Assembly: GCF_006345805.1 (NCBI RefSeq)
Contig: NC_042998.1
Coordinates: forward strand, 24,614,001-24,678,000
Source of the DNA: Octopus sinensis
Taxonomy: Eukaryota
Length of the DNA: 64,000 bases
Direction: 5' to 3'
Under the pieces are notes generated by a model. That model saw nothing but the letters and a program-made list of their open reading frames with translations. It did not search any database and had not been told where the DNA came from. The position numbers were made by a program, and so were the translations under genes. Below, in pieces: positions 36,030-47,488 of this stretch. Each line of letters opens with the position of its first letter. Within the stretch, counting starts at the first letter, position 1.

Positions 36030-36510
36030 GCTAAGAGGAGGACTGAATACAGTTATTGTTGAGAGAAGAAGAGATCTAAGAGGTGACAGATAGTTTTTGA
36101 AAGAGTAAAAAGGTAGTTGAAAGAGAAATTATACAACAACAACTTGCAAATGTTTGAAAGGTTGCAGGTTCTATGGATATGTCACCATGTTGTGTCAGAA
36201 CAGCACTGAAAGACCTTGGATAAGAATGAAGAGTTATAAGTAAAAAGCCAATAAGATCAGATATATTAGCTGGGTTAAAGATTTCTGCAACAGGGGAGGT
36301 GTTTCGGTTATTGATAATAATGGCCAAACAAAAGTAAACTTTGGCAATTTTCCATTTCTTGGCTATTATATGTGTAGCATAATAAACCTGAAACATGGAA
36401 TTTAGAGTATTTGTAAGCAACAGTTAACCATGGAGGGGATGGAGTTATGGTATGAGGTGCATATAAGCAATTGGAAGATCAAACCTCATTTTTGTTGAAC
36501 ATCATTTAAA
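36030..36510 (+). pseudogene. Highly degraded Tc1-family transposase relic
   Basis: Across frames: MDMSPCCVRTALKDLG*E*RVISKKP and ATVNHGGDGVMV*GA (the Tc1 TVKHGGGSVMVWG motif) at ~36416-36460. Confidence 0.7.
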
Positions 36511-36532
36511 TGATATATATATATATATATAT

Positions 36533-36846
36533 ATATCACCGTGATCACCATGACCGACCAGGCTATCAGATGTTGCTACACATTGCTGGTCACAATGCGC
36601 TTCGCATTGCTTTAGCCTTCAAATGACGCCACCCCGCTGGCTAAGCAAGCAGGCCAACAGAAGAAAGAGTGAGAGAAAGTTGTGGCGAAAGAGTACAGCA
36701 GGGATCGCCACCACCCCCTGCTGGAGCCTAGTGGAGCTTTAGGTGTTTTCGCTCAATAAACACTCACAACGTCCGGCCTGGGAATCGAAACCGCAATCCT
36801 ACGACTGCGAGTCCGCTGCCCTAACCACTGGGCCATTGCGCCTCCA
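36533..36846 (-). mobile_element. SINE family C, body 2
   Basis: Same head as 19411; body shared with 47185-47488. Confidence 0.85.
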
Positions 36847-36869
36847 CATATGAATATATATATATATAT

Positions 36870-37065
36870 ATCATCAACATCATCATTATCGTTTAACATC
36901 TGTTTTCCATACTGGCATGGGTTGGACTGTTTGACTGAGGTCTAGGAAGCCAGAAGGCTGCACCAGGCTCCAGTCTGATTTGGCAGTATTCCTACAGCTG
37001 GATGCCCTTCCTAACATCAACCACTCTGAGAGTGTAGTGGGTGCTTTTTACATACCACCGGCATA
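36870..37065 (-). mobile_element. Orphan RTE tail copy
   Basis: (cat)n, gggttggac, ggatgcccttcctaac. Confidence 0.8.
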
Positions 37066-37759
37066 ATGTTGCAACACGATCTGGCTTTCCCCTGTTTCAT
37101 TATTGTATTTAAAACAATTATTTTACAATGAAGAATTGTGTTGAACATTAAAACCATATTTTGTAATGTTCCTAAAGTTCAATTGGCATTTTCATACATT
37201 CATAGTAATCATCAGATTTCAAAATGTATTTAACTGACAGTTGAGTTCTTGACAACTGTAGTAAAATAACTGAATTCTGCTTTTTGTACCTCTTAGAAGG
37301 CTCCAACAAACTGAATTTTTGAAATATGGTTTTGACCAATCAGCATGCAGCTTACACGTCATGGTTTGCTGGGTACACTGATATTACTGACATAGATCTT
37401 CACACCATACCAGAAACCAATGAGATATTGGGTGTACATACACCAACAATCAAATCTCCTGCTTAGTATCTTGGAGAGCTTGGTCGACAAATTGGTAAAA
37501 TGTTATCTTTGATATCTTCTTATGAAAATGTCTTTATAATGCGGACTGGGCATTATTATGAGGTGCTGAGAAATTGTAAGTTTTCTGGTAAGATTAGATA
37601 ATTAAAAAACACTGGATATGCACAGGTAAGAACAGGAATAAGCAAAGGAACATTTTATGGTAAAGGCAGTATTTGATCTTATAGTAACGACTAATATAGC
37701 TAAAGAATTCCTGAATTTAATTGATTAAAATTTTGTGATAGGGTGTAAGTATAGAAAGA

Positions 37760-37978
37760 TATTCTTTTCTACTCTAGGCACAAGGCCCAAAATTTGGGGG
37801 TAAGGTGCCAGTCGATTAGATCGATCTCAGTATGCAACTGGTACTTGATTTATTGACTCCGAAAGGATGAAAGGCAAAGTTGACCTTGGTGGGATTTGAT
37901 CTCAGAAAGTAAAGACAGATGAAATACCGCTAAGCATTTTGCCCGGTGTGCTAACGTTTGTGCCAACTCACCACCTTA
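37760..37978 (-). mobile_element. SINE family B (B2 tail)
   Basis: ctaggcacaaggcccaaaatttgggg tail, central block and head. Confidence 0.8.
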
Positions 37979-38177
37979 AGTATAGAAAGATATTAAAAAA
38001 GAACTGTGTTAAGATTATTCATTCAGTATGTAAGAAGACTGGTTGTTGTATCAGAGGTTATCATGCTACAAAGCTCAATGGAAAAGACAGGTAGATAAAT
38101 AGTTAACAAAAGTTATGTAACATCAGAATCTAGGCGAATTACCCTCTAGGTAATTTGTACCCGTTTGGCAAAATTGA

Positions 38178-38402
38178 TTATAACAATCCCTTGACAGGTA
38201 TTTCTTTCCAACCCCCAACCCCACCCCACGATAGGTGAAAATCTGCAAAGTAGAAACAGTACTGTACTGTGTATTTTATCATTTTTATAATTTGCATATA
38301 TTTATTTTATTATAAATGCAAAACAATACCACAGAGGAACTGACGTAAGCTTAAATAATAAACTGCGATAGGTGAAATGCAATATGGTGAGGGATTACTC
38401 TA
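38178..38402. mobile_element. Possible pogo/Tigger-like MITE
   Basis: 3' gcgataggtgaaatgcaatatggtgagggattactcta resembles Tigger-type TIRs; the left end (aacaatccctt) is weak. Confidence 0.4.
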
Positions 38403-38479
38403 CATGTAGTGCTAAAAATGAAATAAACAACGGAGATGAATGTAAAAATTATACTGGAGCAACTGAGTTGTCATTCATA

Positions 38480-38770
38480 AATCGATTTTATAAACACAAG
38501 CACTCATTTGACAATCCTGATAAAAATGAGCTATAGCTTAGTCAAAATTTATACTGTGCTTGCTTGAGACAACTCCTTCAGAATTCAAAATAACCTGTTC
38601 AGTTGTAGATAAGGTAAAAATCATAATGTAATGGAAGCTACAAGTCAAAGATGCAGTGTAACCTTTGCTTGTGAGAAAAATGAAGAATTTCATTTCAAGG
38701 CATTAATGGTTTGAACAAAAGAACAAAACTGTTAGTGTCTTGCATGCATGGAATTAAATCTCTTTTCTGT
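38480..38770 (+). pseudogene. Penelope-like GIY-YIG C-terminal relic
   Basis: RFYKHKHSF...CNLCL*EK...GLNKRTKLLVSCMH, matching the PLE motif CNLCL.EK...LNKR.EL...C.H. Confidence 0.7.
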
Positions 38771-38844
38771 AGGTAACCTGACTTTAGTCCTGGTTCGAGG
38801 AGTAAAAAAGTGTGGTTTTGAAGTGTGACATACACACACACACA

Positions 38845-38884
<40 letters not shown>

Positions 38885-38891
<7 letters not shown>

Positions 38892-39072
38892 ACTTGTTTC
38901 AGTCATTTGACTGTGGCCATGCAAATCGACCCCACGACTTATTCTTTGTAAGCCTAGTACTTATTCTATCAGTCTCATTTTTGGCTGAAAAGCTAAGTTA
39001 CGGGGACATAAACACACCAGCATTGGTTGTCAAGCGATGTTGGGGGGAGCAAACACAGACACACAAACATAT

Positions 39073-39121
<49 letters not shown>

Positions 39122-39286
39122 TACAACGGACATCTTTCAGTTTCCATCTACCAAATCCACTCACAAGGCTTTGGTCAGCCCGAGGCTATAATAGAAGACA
39201 CTTGCCCAAGGTGCCATGCAGTGGGAATGAACCCAGAACCATGTGATTGGTAAGCAAGCTACTTACCACACAGTCTCCTACGCCTG
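38885..39286 (-). mobile_element. SINE family A
   Basis: Near full length, with a small deletion in the tail. Confidence 0.88.
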
Positions 39287-39561
39287 TATATATTATTTAA
39301 TGAGGCAGCTAGTTAGCAGAGTTTCAACAAAAAAGAAAACAATAAATGTCATTAGATATGACCGAGGATGTTAGACCACCTACACTGCTAGAAATAAGAG
39401 CTGAAGGGCTTTATAGCTGCTGTCAACACTCATATAATTGTACATAAATGTGCTGGCAGTGACCATAGATGGCCAGAAATTAGTGACTGTGATATTCCTT
39501 TGCTATATGGTTTCAGCTTTAGGCTGAAACATCCTCAGAAGGTACAGGTCTATAAATAAAA

Positions 39562-39796
39562 AGGCGGCGAGCTGGCAGAAACGTTAGCACAGTGGGTGAA
39601 ATGCATAGCTGTATTTCGTCTGCCGTTACGTTCTGAGTTCAAATTCCGCCGAGGTTGACTTTGCCTTTCATCCTTTCGAGGTCGATTAAATAAGTACCAG
39701 TTACACACTGGGGTTGATGTAATCGACTTAATCCGTTTGTCTGTCCTTGTTTGTCCGCTCTGTGTTTAGCCCCTTGTGGGCAATAAAGAAATAGAT
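39562..39796 (+). mobile_element. SINE family B, full length
   Basis: 19-bp target duplication tacaggtctataaataaaa. Confidence 0.92.
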
Positions 39797-39885
39797 ACAG
39801 GTCTATAAATAAAAGATGAGGAATTATGTACATTATTTACATTAATTACATTTGATGGATATTTGTCCTCATCTTGTTTGTTGTT

Positions 39886-39931
39886 AACATGACGTTTCGA
39901 CTGATATACCCTCCAGCCTTCATCAGGTGTC
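39886..39931 (-). ncRNA. Minimal type I hammerhead-ribozyme motif with an intact catalytic core
   Basis: GACAC-CTGATGA-A-GGCTG-GAGGGTATAT-CAGTC-GAAA-CGT-C-ATGTT. Core, stem II, palindromic ACGT and a GUC cleavage triplet are present; the first stem I pair is mismatched. Confidence 0.65.
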
Positions 39932-39978
39932 TTGGGGAAATTCCAAACCTGGGTTTTCATTCCTAATGTATTTTTCAA

Positions 39979-40022
<44 letters not shown>

Positions 40023-40173
40023 TCACTGCCTGGAATCGAACTCAGGATCTTGGGGTTAGCCTGCACTCTAATGCCCTATGCCTACGGACCTAAAATAAAT
40101 AATAATAATAATAATAATAATAATATCGAAAAATACCTTAGGAATGAGAACCCAGGTTCGAAATTTCCCCCAA

Positions 40174-40220
40174 GACACCTAATGAAAGCTGGGGGTGTAT
40201 ATCAGCTGAAAAGTTGTGTT
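40174..40220 (+). ncRNA. Degenerate hammerhead motif (family P3, second arm)
   Basis: GACAC-CTAATGA-A-AGCTG...CAGCT-GAAA-AGT-T-GTGTT; two key positions are mutated. Confidence 0.45.
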
Positions 40221-40567
40221 AACAACAAACAAGATGGGGACAAATATTTGTCAAATGTAAATAATGTAAATAATCTAGATAATCCTCAGAAAGGTTGGTA
40301 CAGTTTGCTTCTTTCTGGACAGCCAAGCTCCATAAAAAACAAAACTCCATAAAAACTCCATAAAAATAATTTTATGGATGATTTGGCGAATCACTAATGT
40401 GTATACAAATAATTAACTGAGGCAGCTAATTAGCAGAGTTTCACCAAAAAGGAAAACAATAATTGTCATTAAATATGACTGAAGGTGTTAGAACATCTAC
40501 ACAGGTGGACATTAGGGCCGAAGGACTCTATTGCTGCTGTCAAGGCACATATAATTGTATACATACA

Positions 40568-40997
40568 GGCGCAGGAGTGGCTGTGTGGTAAGTAGCTTGC
40601 TAACCATCCACATGGTTCAAGGTTCAGTCCCACTGCGTGGCATCTTGGGCAAGTGTCTTCTACTATAGCCCCGGGCCGACAAATACCTTGTGAGTGGATT
40701 TGGTAGACGGAAACTGAAAGAAGCCTGTCGTATATATATATATATATATATATAAATATATACATATGTTTGTGTGTGTGTTTGTGTGTCTGTGTTGTCC
40801 CCCTAGCATTGCTTGACAACCGATGCTGGTGTGTTTACATCCCCGTCACTTAGCGGTTCGGCAAAAGAGACCGATAGAATAAGTACTGGGCTTACAAAGA
40901 ATAAGTCCCGGGGTCGATTTGCTCGACTAAGGGTGGTGCTCCAGCATGGCCACAGTCAAATGACTGAAACAAGTAAAAGAGTAAAGAGTAAAGAGTA
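40568..40997 (+). mobile_element. SINE family A, full length
   Basis: Head to (aaaagagt)n tail. Confidence 0.92.
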
Positions 40998-41045
40998 TAC
41001 ATGCCAGCATCGACACATACATGTTCGCACACACACACACACATA

Positions 41046-41285
41046 TACCGGATTGGCCAAAAGTCACCTGACAGTAAATCAAAACCATTTAAATCTGAGG
41101 TTTATATTTATGTTTAACAACTAAATGAATTTGATAAAAGTTTTTCCATATGAAGCATCATGAAAATTGTTCAAACTGAAGTCCTTCTTGAGTGATACAT
41201 TTTTTCCATTTGAGTCAATACGGAATGACAGATAGCATTTATGGAATTTTGATTTACCGCCGAGTGACTTTTGGGCAACCGTGTA
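41046..41285. mobile_element. Tc1/mariner-type MITE with ~45-bp TIRs and TA ends
   Basis: taccggattggccaaaagtcacctgacagtaaatcaaaa / ttttgatttaccgccgagtgacttttgggcaaccgtgta. Confidence 0.75.
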
Positions 41286-41297
41286 TATATGTATATA

Positions 41298-41507
41298 TCT
41301 TTACTCTTTTACTCTTTTATTTGTTTCAGTCATTTGACTGCAGCCATGCTGGAGCAAATTGACTCCAGGACTTATTCTTTGGAAGCCTAGTACTTATTCT
41401 ATCGGTTTCTTTTTGCCGAAGCACTAAATTACAGGGACGTAAACACATCAGCATCAGTTGTCAAGCAATGCTGGGGGACAAACACAGACACACAAACATA
41501 TACACTC

Positions 41508-41555
<48 letters not shown>

Positions 41556-41727
41556 CATATATATGACGGGCTTCTTTCAGTTTCTGTCTACCAAATCCAC
41601 TCACAAGGCTTTGGTCGGCCCAAGGCTATAGTAGAAGACACTTGCCCAAGGTGCTACGCAGTGGGAATGAACCTGGAACCATGTGGTTGGTAATCAAGCT
41701 ACTTACCACACAGCCACTCCTGTGCCT
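41298..41727 (-). mobile_element. SINE family A, full length
   Basis: Tail to head all present. Confidence 0.92.
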
Positions 41728-41789
41728 ATTCATAAATACAAACACATCACAGACACTGTGTTTAAGATATTATTTAAAACATTACTTGA

Positions 41790-42092
41790 AAAGGTGGTGA
41801 GCTGGTAGAAACATTAGCACGCCAGGTGAAATGCTTAGCACTATTTCGTCTGTCTTTACGTTCTAAGTTCAAATTCCACCAAGGTCGACTTTGCCTTTCT
41901 TCCTTTTGGGATCAATAAATTAAATACCAGTTGCGTTCTGGGGTAGATCTAATCAACTGGCCCCCCCCCCCAAAAAAAAAATTTCATGCCTTGTGTCTAA
42001 AGGGGAAGAAAAATGCTTAGTGGTATTTCATCTGTCTTTACATTCTGAGTTCAAAAATCTGCTGAGGTTGGCTTTGCCTTTCATCCTTTCAG
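41790..42092 (+). mobile_element. SINE family B (B2 tail) plus a partial extra unit
   Basis: Head at 41790; a second tatttcatctg...gcctttcatcc unit starts at ~42020. Confidence 0.8.
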
Positions 42093-42097
42093 CACTA

Positions 42098-42843
42098 TGA
42101 TGCAATTCACTCTGCCAGAAATTTGGAAACAACATGCTGTACTGCTTGCCATTCATGCCGGAAGCTCCAATATGAATATTTCAGAGTGTTTGGGTGTCAA
42201 TCTGTGGACAGTGCAATCTGAGGACATGTACTGAGAGTGATAAAAATCAAACATCCATTCAACATCATGGTGTTTGGAGTGATCACTTGTGATGGCGACG
42301 TTATGCCTCCATTCATCTTCCCACGTGGCCTCACACTCAATACGGAGGACTACATCAAGTGCCTGGAGGAAGTAGTGCTGGCCTGGGTCAAGAGGGTGGC
42401 TGCCGGAAGTCTTCATGTCTGCCAAAAAAGCAGGAGAACCCAATCATGGCTGTCAGACAATTTCTGTGATTACATCATCCCTAACTCTCCATGCTGCAAC
42501 GTACTCCTCCCCACACTGCAATTCCCTCGATGATAATGCATTGAGTGCAGTTGAGTGAGAGACCAACAAAACTCCTTGTAACACCAAAGATAGGCTGAAG
42601 ATAAGGATTATGGCAGCATTCACCAACTTGGACAAGGAGACCATCCAAAAGATTTGCAGGTGATTCAGAAGTCGTGTGGAGGCCATGGTTGAAGCCAATG
42701 GTGATTTTATTGAATAAATTTATTGTTTAGTATTTCAAGATATTTTTATGTAATTTTGGTAAATATATCTATTAAAAAGGAGATGTCAGCATTATTTTCA
42801 TTTGTGGGTAATTTAGATGACAATATATTCACTGAACCCTGTA
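42098..42843 (+). pseudogene. DD37D (maT-like) transposase relic with a large internal deletion and a right terminus
   Basis: N-terminal MQFTLPEIWKQHAVLLAIHAGSSNMNISECLGVNL joined to KHPFNIMVFGVITCDGDVMPPFIFPRGLTLNTEDYIKCLEEVVLAWVKRVAAG, then C-terminal ...VEAMVEANGDFIE*; ends at gaaccctgta. Confidence 0.8.
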
Positions 42844-43399
42844 TGTATATATAATATGTATTCCTGATTGGCACTTTTCAGACAATTATGGTTCCTGTTA
42901 GTGTATATGCTTACATTCATGTGCATTAACTACAAGATTAGAGTGGCTTAGCTCTTGTTTCTAGCAATGTAGGTGTTTTCTAACACCCTAGTCACATTTA
43001 GTGACATTTATAATTCTCCTTTCTGGTGAAAAATTGCAAACTGCTCTTTATATTAATTTTATATATACACATAAATGAATTGCTATATCAACTAAAAATT
43101 TGGATGATGTAAACATAAATACTAATGGCAAAATGAGTCCGAGATGAACTGGACTTAAATGGCAAGGCCACAGAAATTGCTGAAATGGATGTCAGTATTA
43201 AGTATTATCAATTGGCACTTTTTGGACAGTTATAGTCCCTGTTAGTATATATCCTTTCAGTCATATGCCTTAATGGTTTAGTTGTTTAGCTCTTATTTCT
43301 AGCAATGTAGGTAATTCATAATACCCTAGTTACAGTTAGTGGCAATTATAGTTCTACTTTCTGGTGAAACATTGCAAACTGCTGTTTATATTAATTTTA

Positions 43400-43868
43400 T
43401 GTATACATATGTGTGTGTGTATAAAGAGAGAGAGAAAGTGTGTGTGAGTGAGAGGGGGAGACAGCTAGATAGGTAGATTGATACACGTGCACACACACAC
43501 ACATAGATATAAACATATATACATGTACATAACTACAAGTATATAACTATATATATATATATATATATACATATATATATAAACATACATATATATACAT
43601 ACACATGTATTATATATACATAAACATCTATATGCACACACACATACTCAGATACACATAGATATAAACATACATATGTGCATATACATAACCACAAATA
43701 TATAACTATATATATATACATAAACACACATATGCATATATATATACATAAACATGCACACATGTATTATATATAAATAAATATACATGCACACACTCAG
43801 ATTCACACATACACATAGATATGAACATACATATATGCATATACATAACTACAAGTATATAACAATAA

Positions 43869-43943
<75 letters not shown>

Positions 43944-44470
43944 CACATATATATATACATAGACATGCACACATGTATTATATATACATAAACATTTATA
44001 CATACACACATAGATATAAACATACATATATGCATATATATAAGTACAAATATATAACTATATATATATATACATATATATACACACATATATATACATA
44101 GACATGCATGCATGTATTATATATACTTAAACATTTATACATGTACACACACACACACACAGAAACATCACATATAACAATAAATACACACACACATATA
44201 TATGTACAGACACATATATATACATAGACATGCACACATGTATTATATATACTTAAACATTTATACACACACACATACACATAGATATAAACATACATAA
44301 ATGCATATATATAACTACAAATATATAACTATATATATATATATATACATATATATACACACATATATATACATGGACATGCATACATGTATTATATATA
44401 CTTAAACATTTATACACGTACACACACACACACATACACACACACACACATACACACATACTCACACACA
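43400..44470. repeat. Higher-order minisatellite built from (CA)n/(TA)n motifs
   Basis: Anchors catgtattatatata and atagatataaacata recur about six times at 130-210 bp spacing. Confidence 0.85.
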
Positions 44471-44989
44471 GAAACATCGCATTCCATAATCAGGCAAAGA
44501 AAAGAATTGAAACAAAATAATATATACAGAAATTTGTGCAAAGGAAAAAAGGCAAAGAAGAGGAAATTAGAATGCAGAGAAAAAAAGAACATTAAACATT
44601 GCAAAATGGAAGTAGAGTGAAGATTTACATGGAGATATTTTGCAATCAGTATAGTCAACGTGTTGCTGAGATTTCCTCCAGAGATATATCTGTAATCGTA
44701 GATGGAAATTGAGCTGTGTCCGTGTGTATGGTTTGGTGCAGCTTCGATATTCCAACAGTGTTCTGTAAATAGAAGTATACATACCCACATGTGTAGTGCA
44801 TGGATGTGATACTTTGAGCATATATGAATATTCTTTTATCTGTCTATATACAGCTGCATGAACACCCAGACATGCTTGTTTTGTATATGTGGGTGCATGT
44901 GAGTGTATATAAGGTTGAACACGAATGTATGCATCAATCCATCTGACTCTGTCTGTCCGTCTGTCCGTTTGTCTGTCTGTGTTTCTCTA

Positions 44990-45020
44990 ACTGTCTGTCT
45001 ATCTATCTATCTATCTATCA

Positions 45021-45075
<55 letters not shown>

Positions 45076-45076
45076 A

Positions 45077-45129
<53 letters not shown>

Positions 45130-45440
45130 CCTATCTATCTATCTACCTATCTGTCTGTCTGTCTGTTTATCTAACTATCTGTCTGTCTGTATATCTGTCT
45201 GTCTGTCTATCTGTCTGTCTGTCTATCTGTCTGTCTGTCTATCTGTCTCTCTCTCTTAATATATGTGTGTGCGTGCGCACACACGTGCATGTGTATAGAT
45301 AGATATACATACATACATACATATATATAAATGTATATGTATCTATACATACACATATATATATGTATATATGTTTGTATATATATATATGTGTATGTGT
45401 ATATTGTATATATACATATATATGTGTATGTATGTATATA

Positions 45441-45475
<35 letters not shown>

Positions 45476-45520
45476 TTTCACACACACACACACACGACTG
45501 CATATATCTATATCAACACA
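44990..45520. repeat. (TCTA)n/(TCTG)n/(TA)n compound microsatellite
   Basis: Seen directly in the sequence. Confidence 0.95.
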
Positions 45521-46089
45521 CACACTAGCAACAATACCTGTTGTATCGCATGTTTGTTATGTTTATTAATATGTTAAACATATTCGTTTTAGGAAATATT
45601 ATAAGACATGTATGTGCAAGATTTTTACACTTAAGTTTTTTTGTTTTCTCAGGAAACATGATTATTCTTTCAAAATACACTTCTAAATTACATAATTACT
45701 TGAAATTAATTAGTTCTGTAATCAGTTTTGCCAACATGTCTCAAAATTTTTGAGATCTATACGACAACATTGGTTTTTATGTCAGGGGTAAAAAATAAAC
45801 AAATTTAAGAAAAAGTCTCATTGCATATATCCATTGCCTTGTTCTTATTCAAAAGCAAAGGCACAGCTTTCTGGTTAAGAACTCTGTTTTTCAATCACAG
45901 GGTTTTGGGTTCAACCCCATGGCATGACACTTTGAGCAAGTGTCTTCAATGGGGCTGCTCATGCCTTGCAAGTGAATCAGGTAGTGTAAAGTTGAATCAC
46001 AGCCACTCATATATGTAAGTGTATGTGTGGTGGTGAGATATCAGAACAGCAAGCACACTAGGAAAAATGCTTAATGGCATTTTGTCAAT

Positions 46090-46249
46090 TTTTACATTCA
46101 TCATCATCATCATCATCATCATTATCATCGTCGTCGGCGTCGTCATCATCTTCATCATCATCGGGATCGAGATCATCATGATCACCACCATCATTATCAT
46201 CATCATCATCATCATCACCACCACCATCATCGTCATCATCATCACCACC

Positions 46250-46280
<31 letters not shown>

Positions 46281-46660
46281 CCACCATCATCATCATCGTC
46301 TTCATCATCATCATCATCATCTTCATCATCATCATCATCTTCTTCATCATCATCATCATCTTAATTATCATCGTCGTCATCATCATCATTTAACATCCAC
46401 TTTCCATGCTAGCATGGGTTGGACGGTTTGACCGGTGTCTGGGAAGCCAGGAGGCTGATCTGGCAGTGTTTCTACAGCTGGATGCCCTTCCTAACACCAA
46501 CCACTCCGTGAGTGTAGTGGGTACTTTTTACGTGCCACTGGCACAGGGGCCAGAGGAGGCTGGAAAACGGCCACAATCGGTCGGTGCTTTTTACATGTCA
46601 CCGACACGGACGCCAGTCAGGCGGCGTTGGCATCAACCACATTCGGATGGTACTTTTTAC
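46090..46660 (-). mobile_element. Orphan RTE tail with an expanded (~300 bp) (GAT)n-derived tail
   Basis: Tail motifs at 46390-46660; (cat)n-rich tract at 46090-46390. Confidence 0.85.
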
Positions 46661-46753
46661 ATGTTACTGAGTTCAAATTCCACTGAGGTCAGCTTTTCCT
46701 TTCATCCTCCTGGGGTCAGTAACATAAGCACTGGTTGAGCACTGGGTATTATG

Positions 46754-47164
46754 TACCATATATACTCAACTATATAACACCCATAAGATGCACTCCCAAC
46801 TTACAAGGTTCAAATTGGGAATTTTATCATTGACCTGACACAGTGACTTTTTTGATGCTGGAGAGCAAAGTTCAATTAGGAATCACACCAACATAGTTGT
46901 TGCTTGGTAACCAAGCTTTCAGGAAGCTGGAGATGACTTACAATAACTGTTATCCAATTAAGTCCATGCATTTTAGAAACCGTTGCTTATAATGTAAAAT
47001 TTCATCCTCTTTGGTTATTCCAAGTGTTGGAACTTCAGACATGGCTTGTACCTAGAAAATATCTGAAGATTTTTTTTATAGGATACGCTAATAAGTTGTA
47101 CCCCCAAATTTAGGTGAAAATTTCAAGGACAAAAAGTGCAACTTATAGCTGAGTATATGTGGTA
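46754..47164. mobile_element. pogo/Tigger-like MITE
   Basis: taccatatatactcaactata / ttatagctgagtatatgtggta resemble TACCGTATATACTCGAGTATAAG-type TIRs; TA ends. Confidence 0.65.
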
Positions 47165-47184
47165 ATGTGGTAACATGTGGTAAT

Positions 47185-47488
47185 TGGAGGCACAATGGCC
47201 CAGTGGTTAGGGCAGCGAACTCGCGATCGTACGATCACGGTTTCGATTCACAGATGGGGTGTTGTGAGTGTTTGTTGAGTGAAAACACGTAAAGCTCCAT
47301 GAGGCCCCTGCAGGAGGGGGGGGGATCCCTGCTGTACTCTTTTGCCATAACTTTCTCTCAGTCTTTCTTCTGTTGGCCTGCTTGCTTAGCCAGCGCGGTG
47401 GTGTCATTTGAAGGCTAAAACAATGCAAAGCGCACTGTGACGAGCGATGTGTAGCAACATCTGATAGCCTGGTCAGTCATGTGATCAC
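47185..47488 (+). mobile_element. SINE family C, body 2
   Basis: Homologous to 36533-36846. Confidence 0.85.

Larger units (their letters stand above)
39812..40275. mobile_element. Penelope-like inverted terminal-repeat pair (family P3) around (TTA)n/(TAA)n tracts
   Basis: 39830-39985 is the reverse complement of 40110-40270; both arms carry a hammerhead-like core. Confidence 0.8.
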
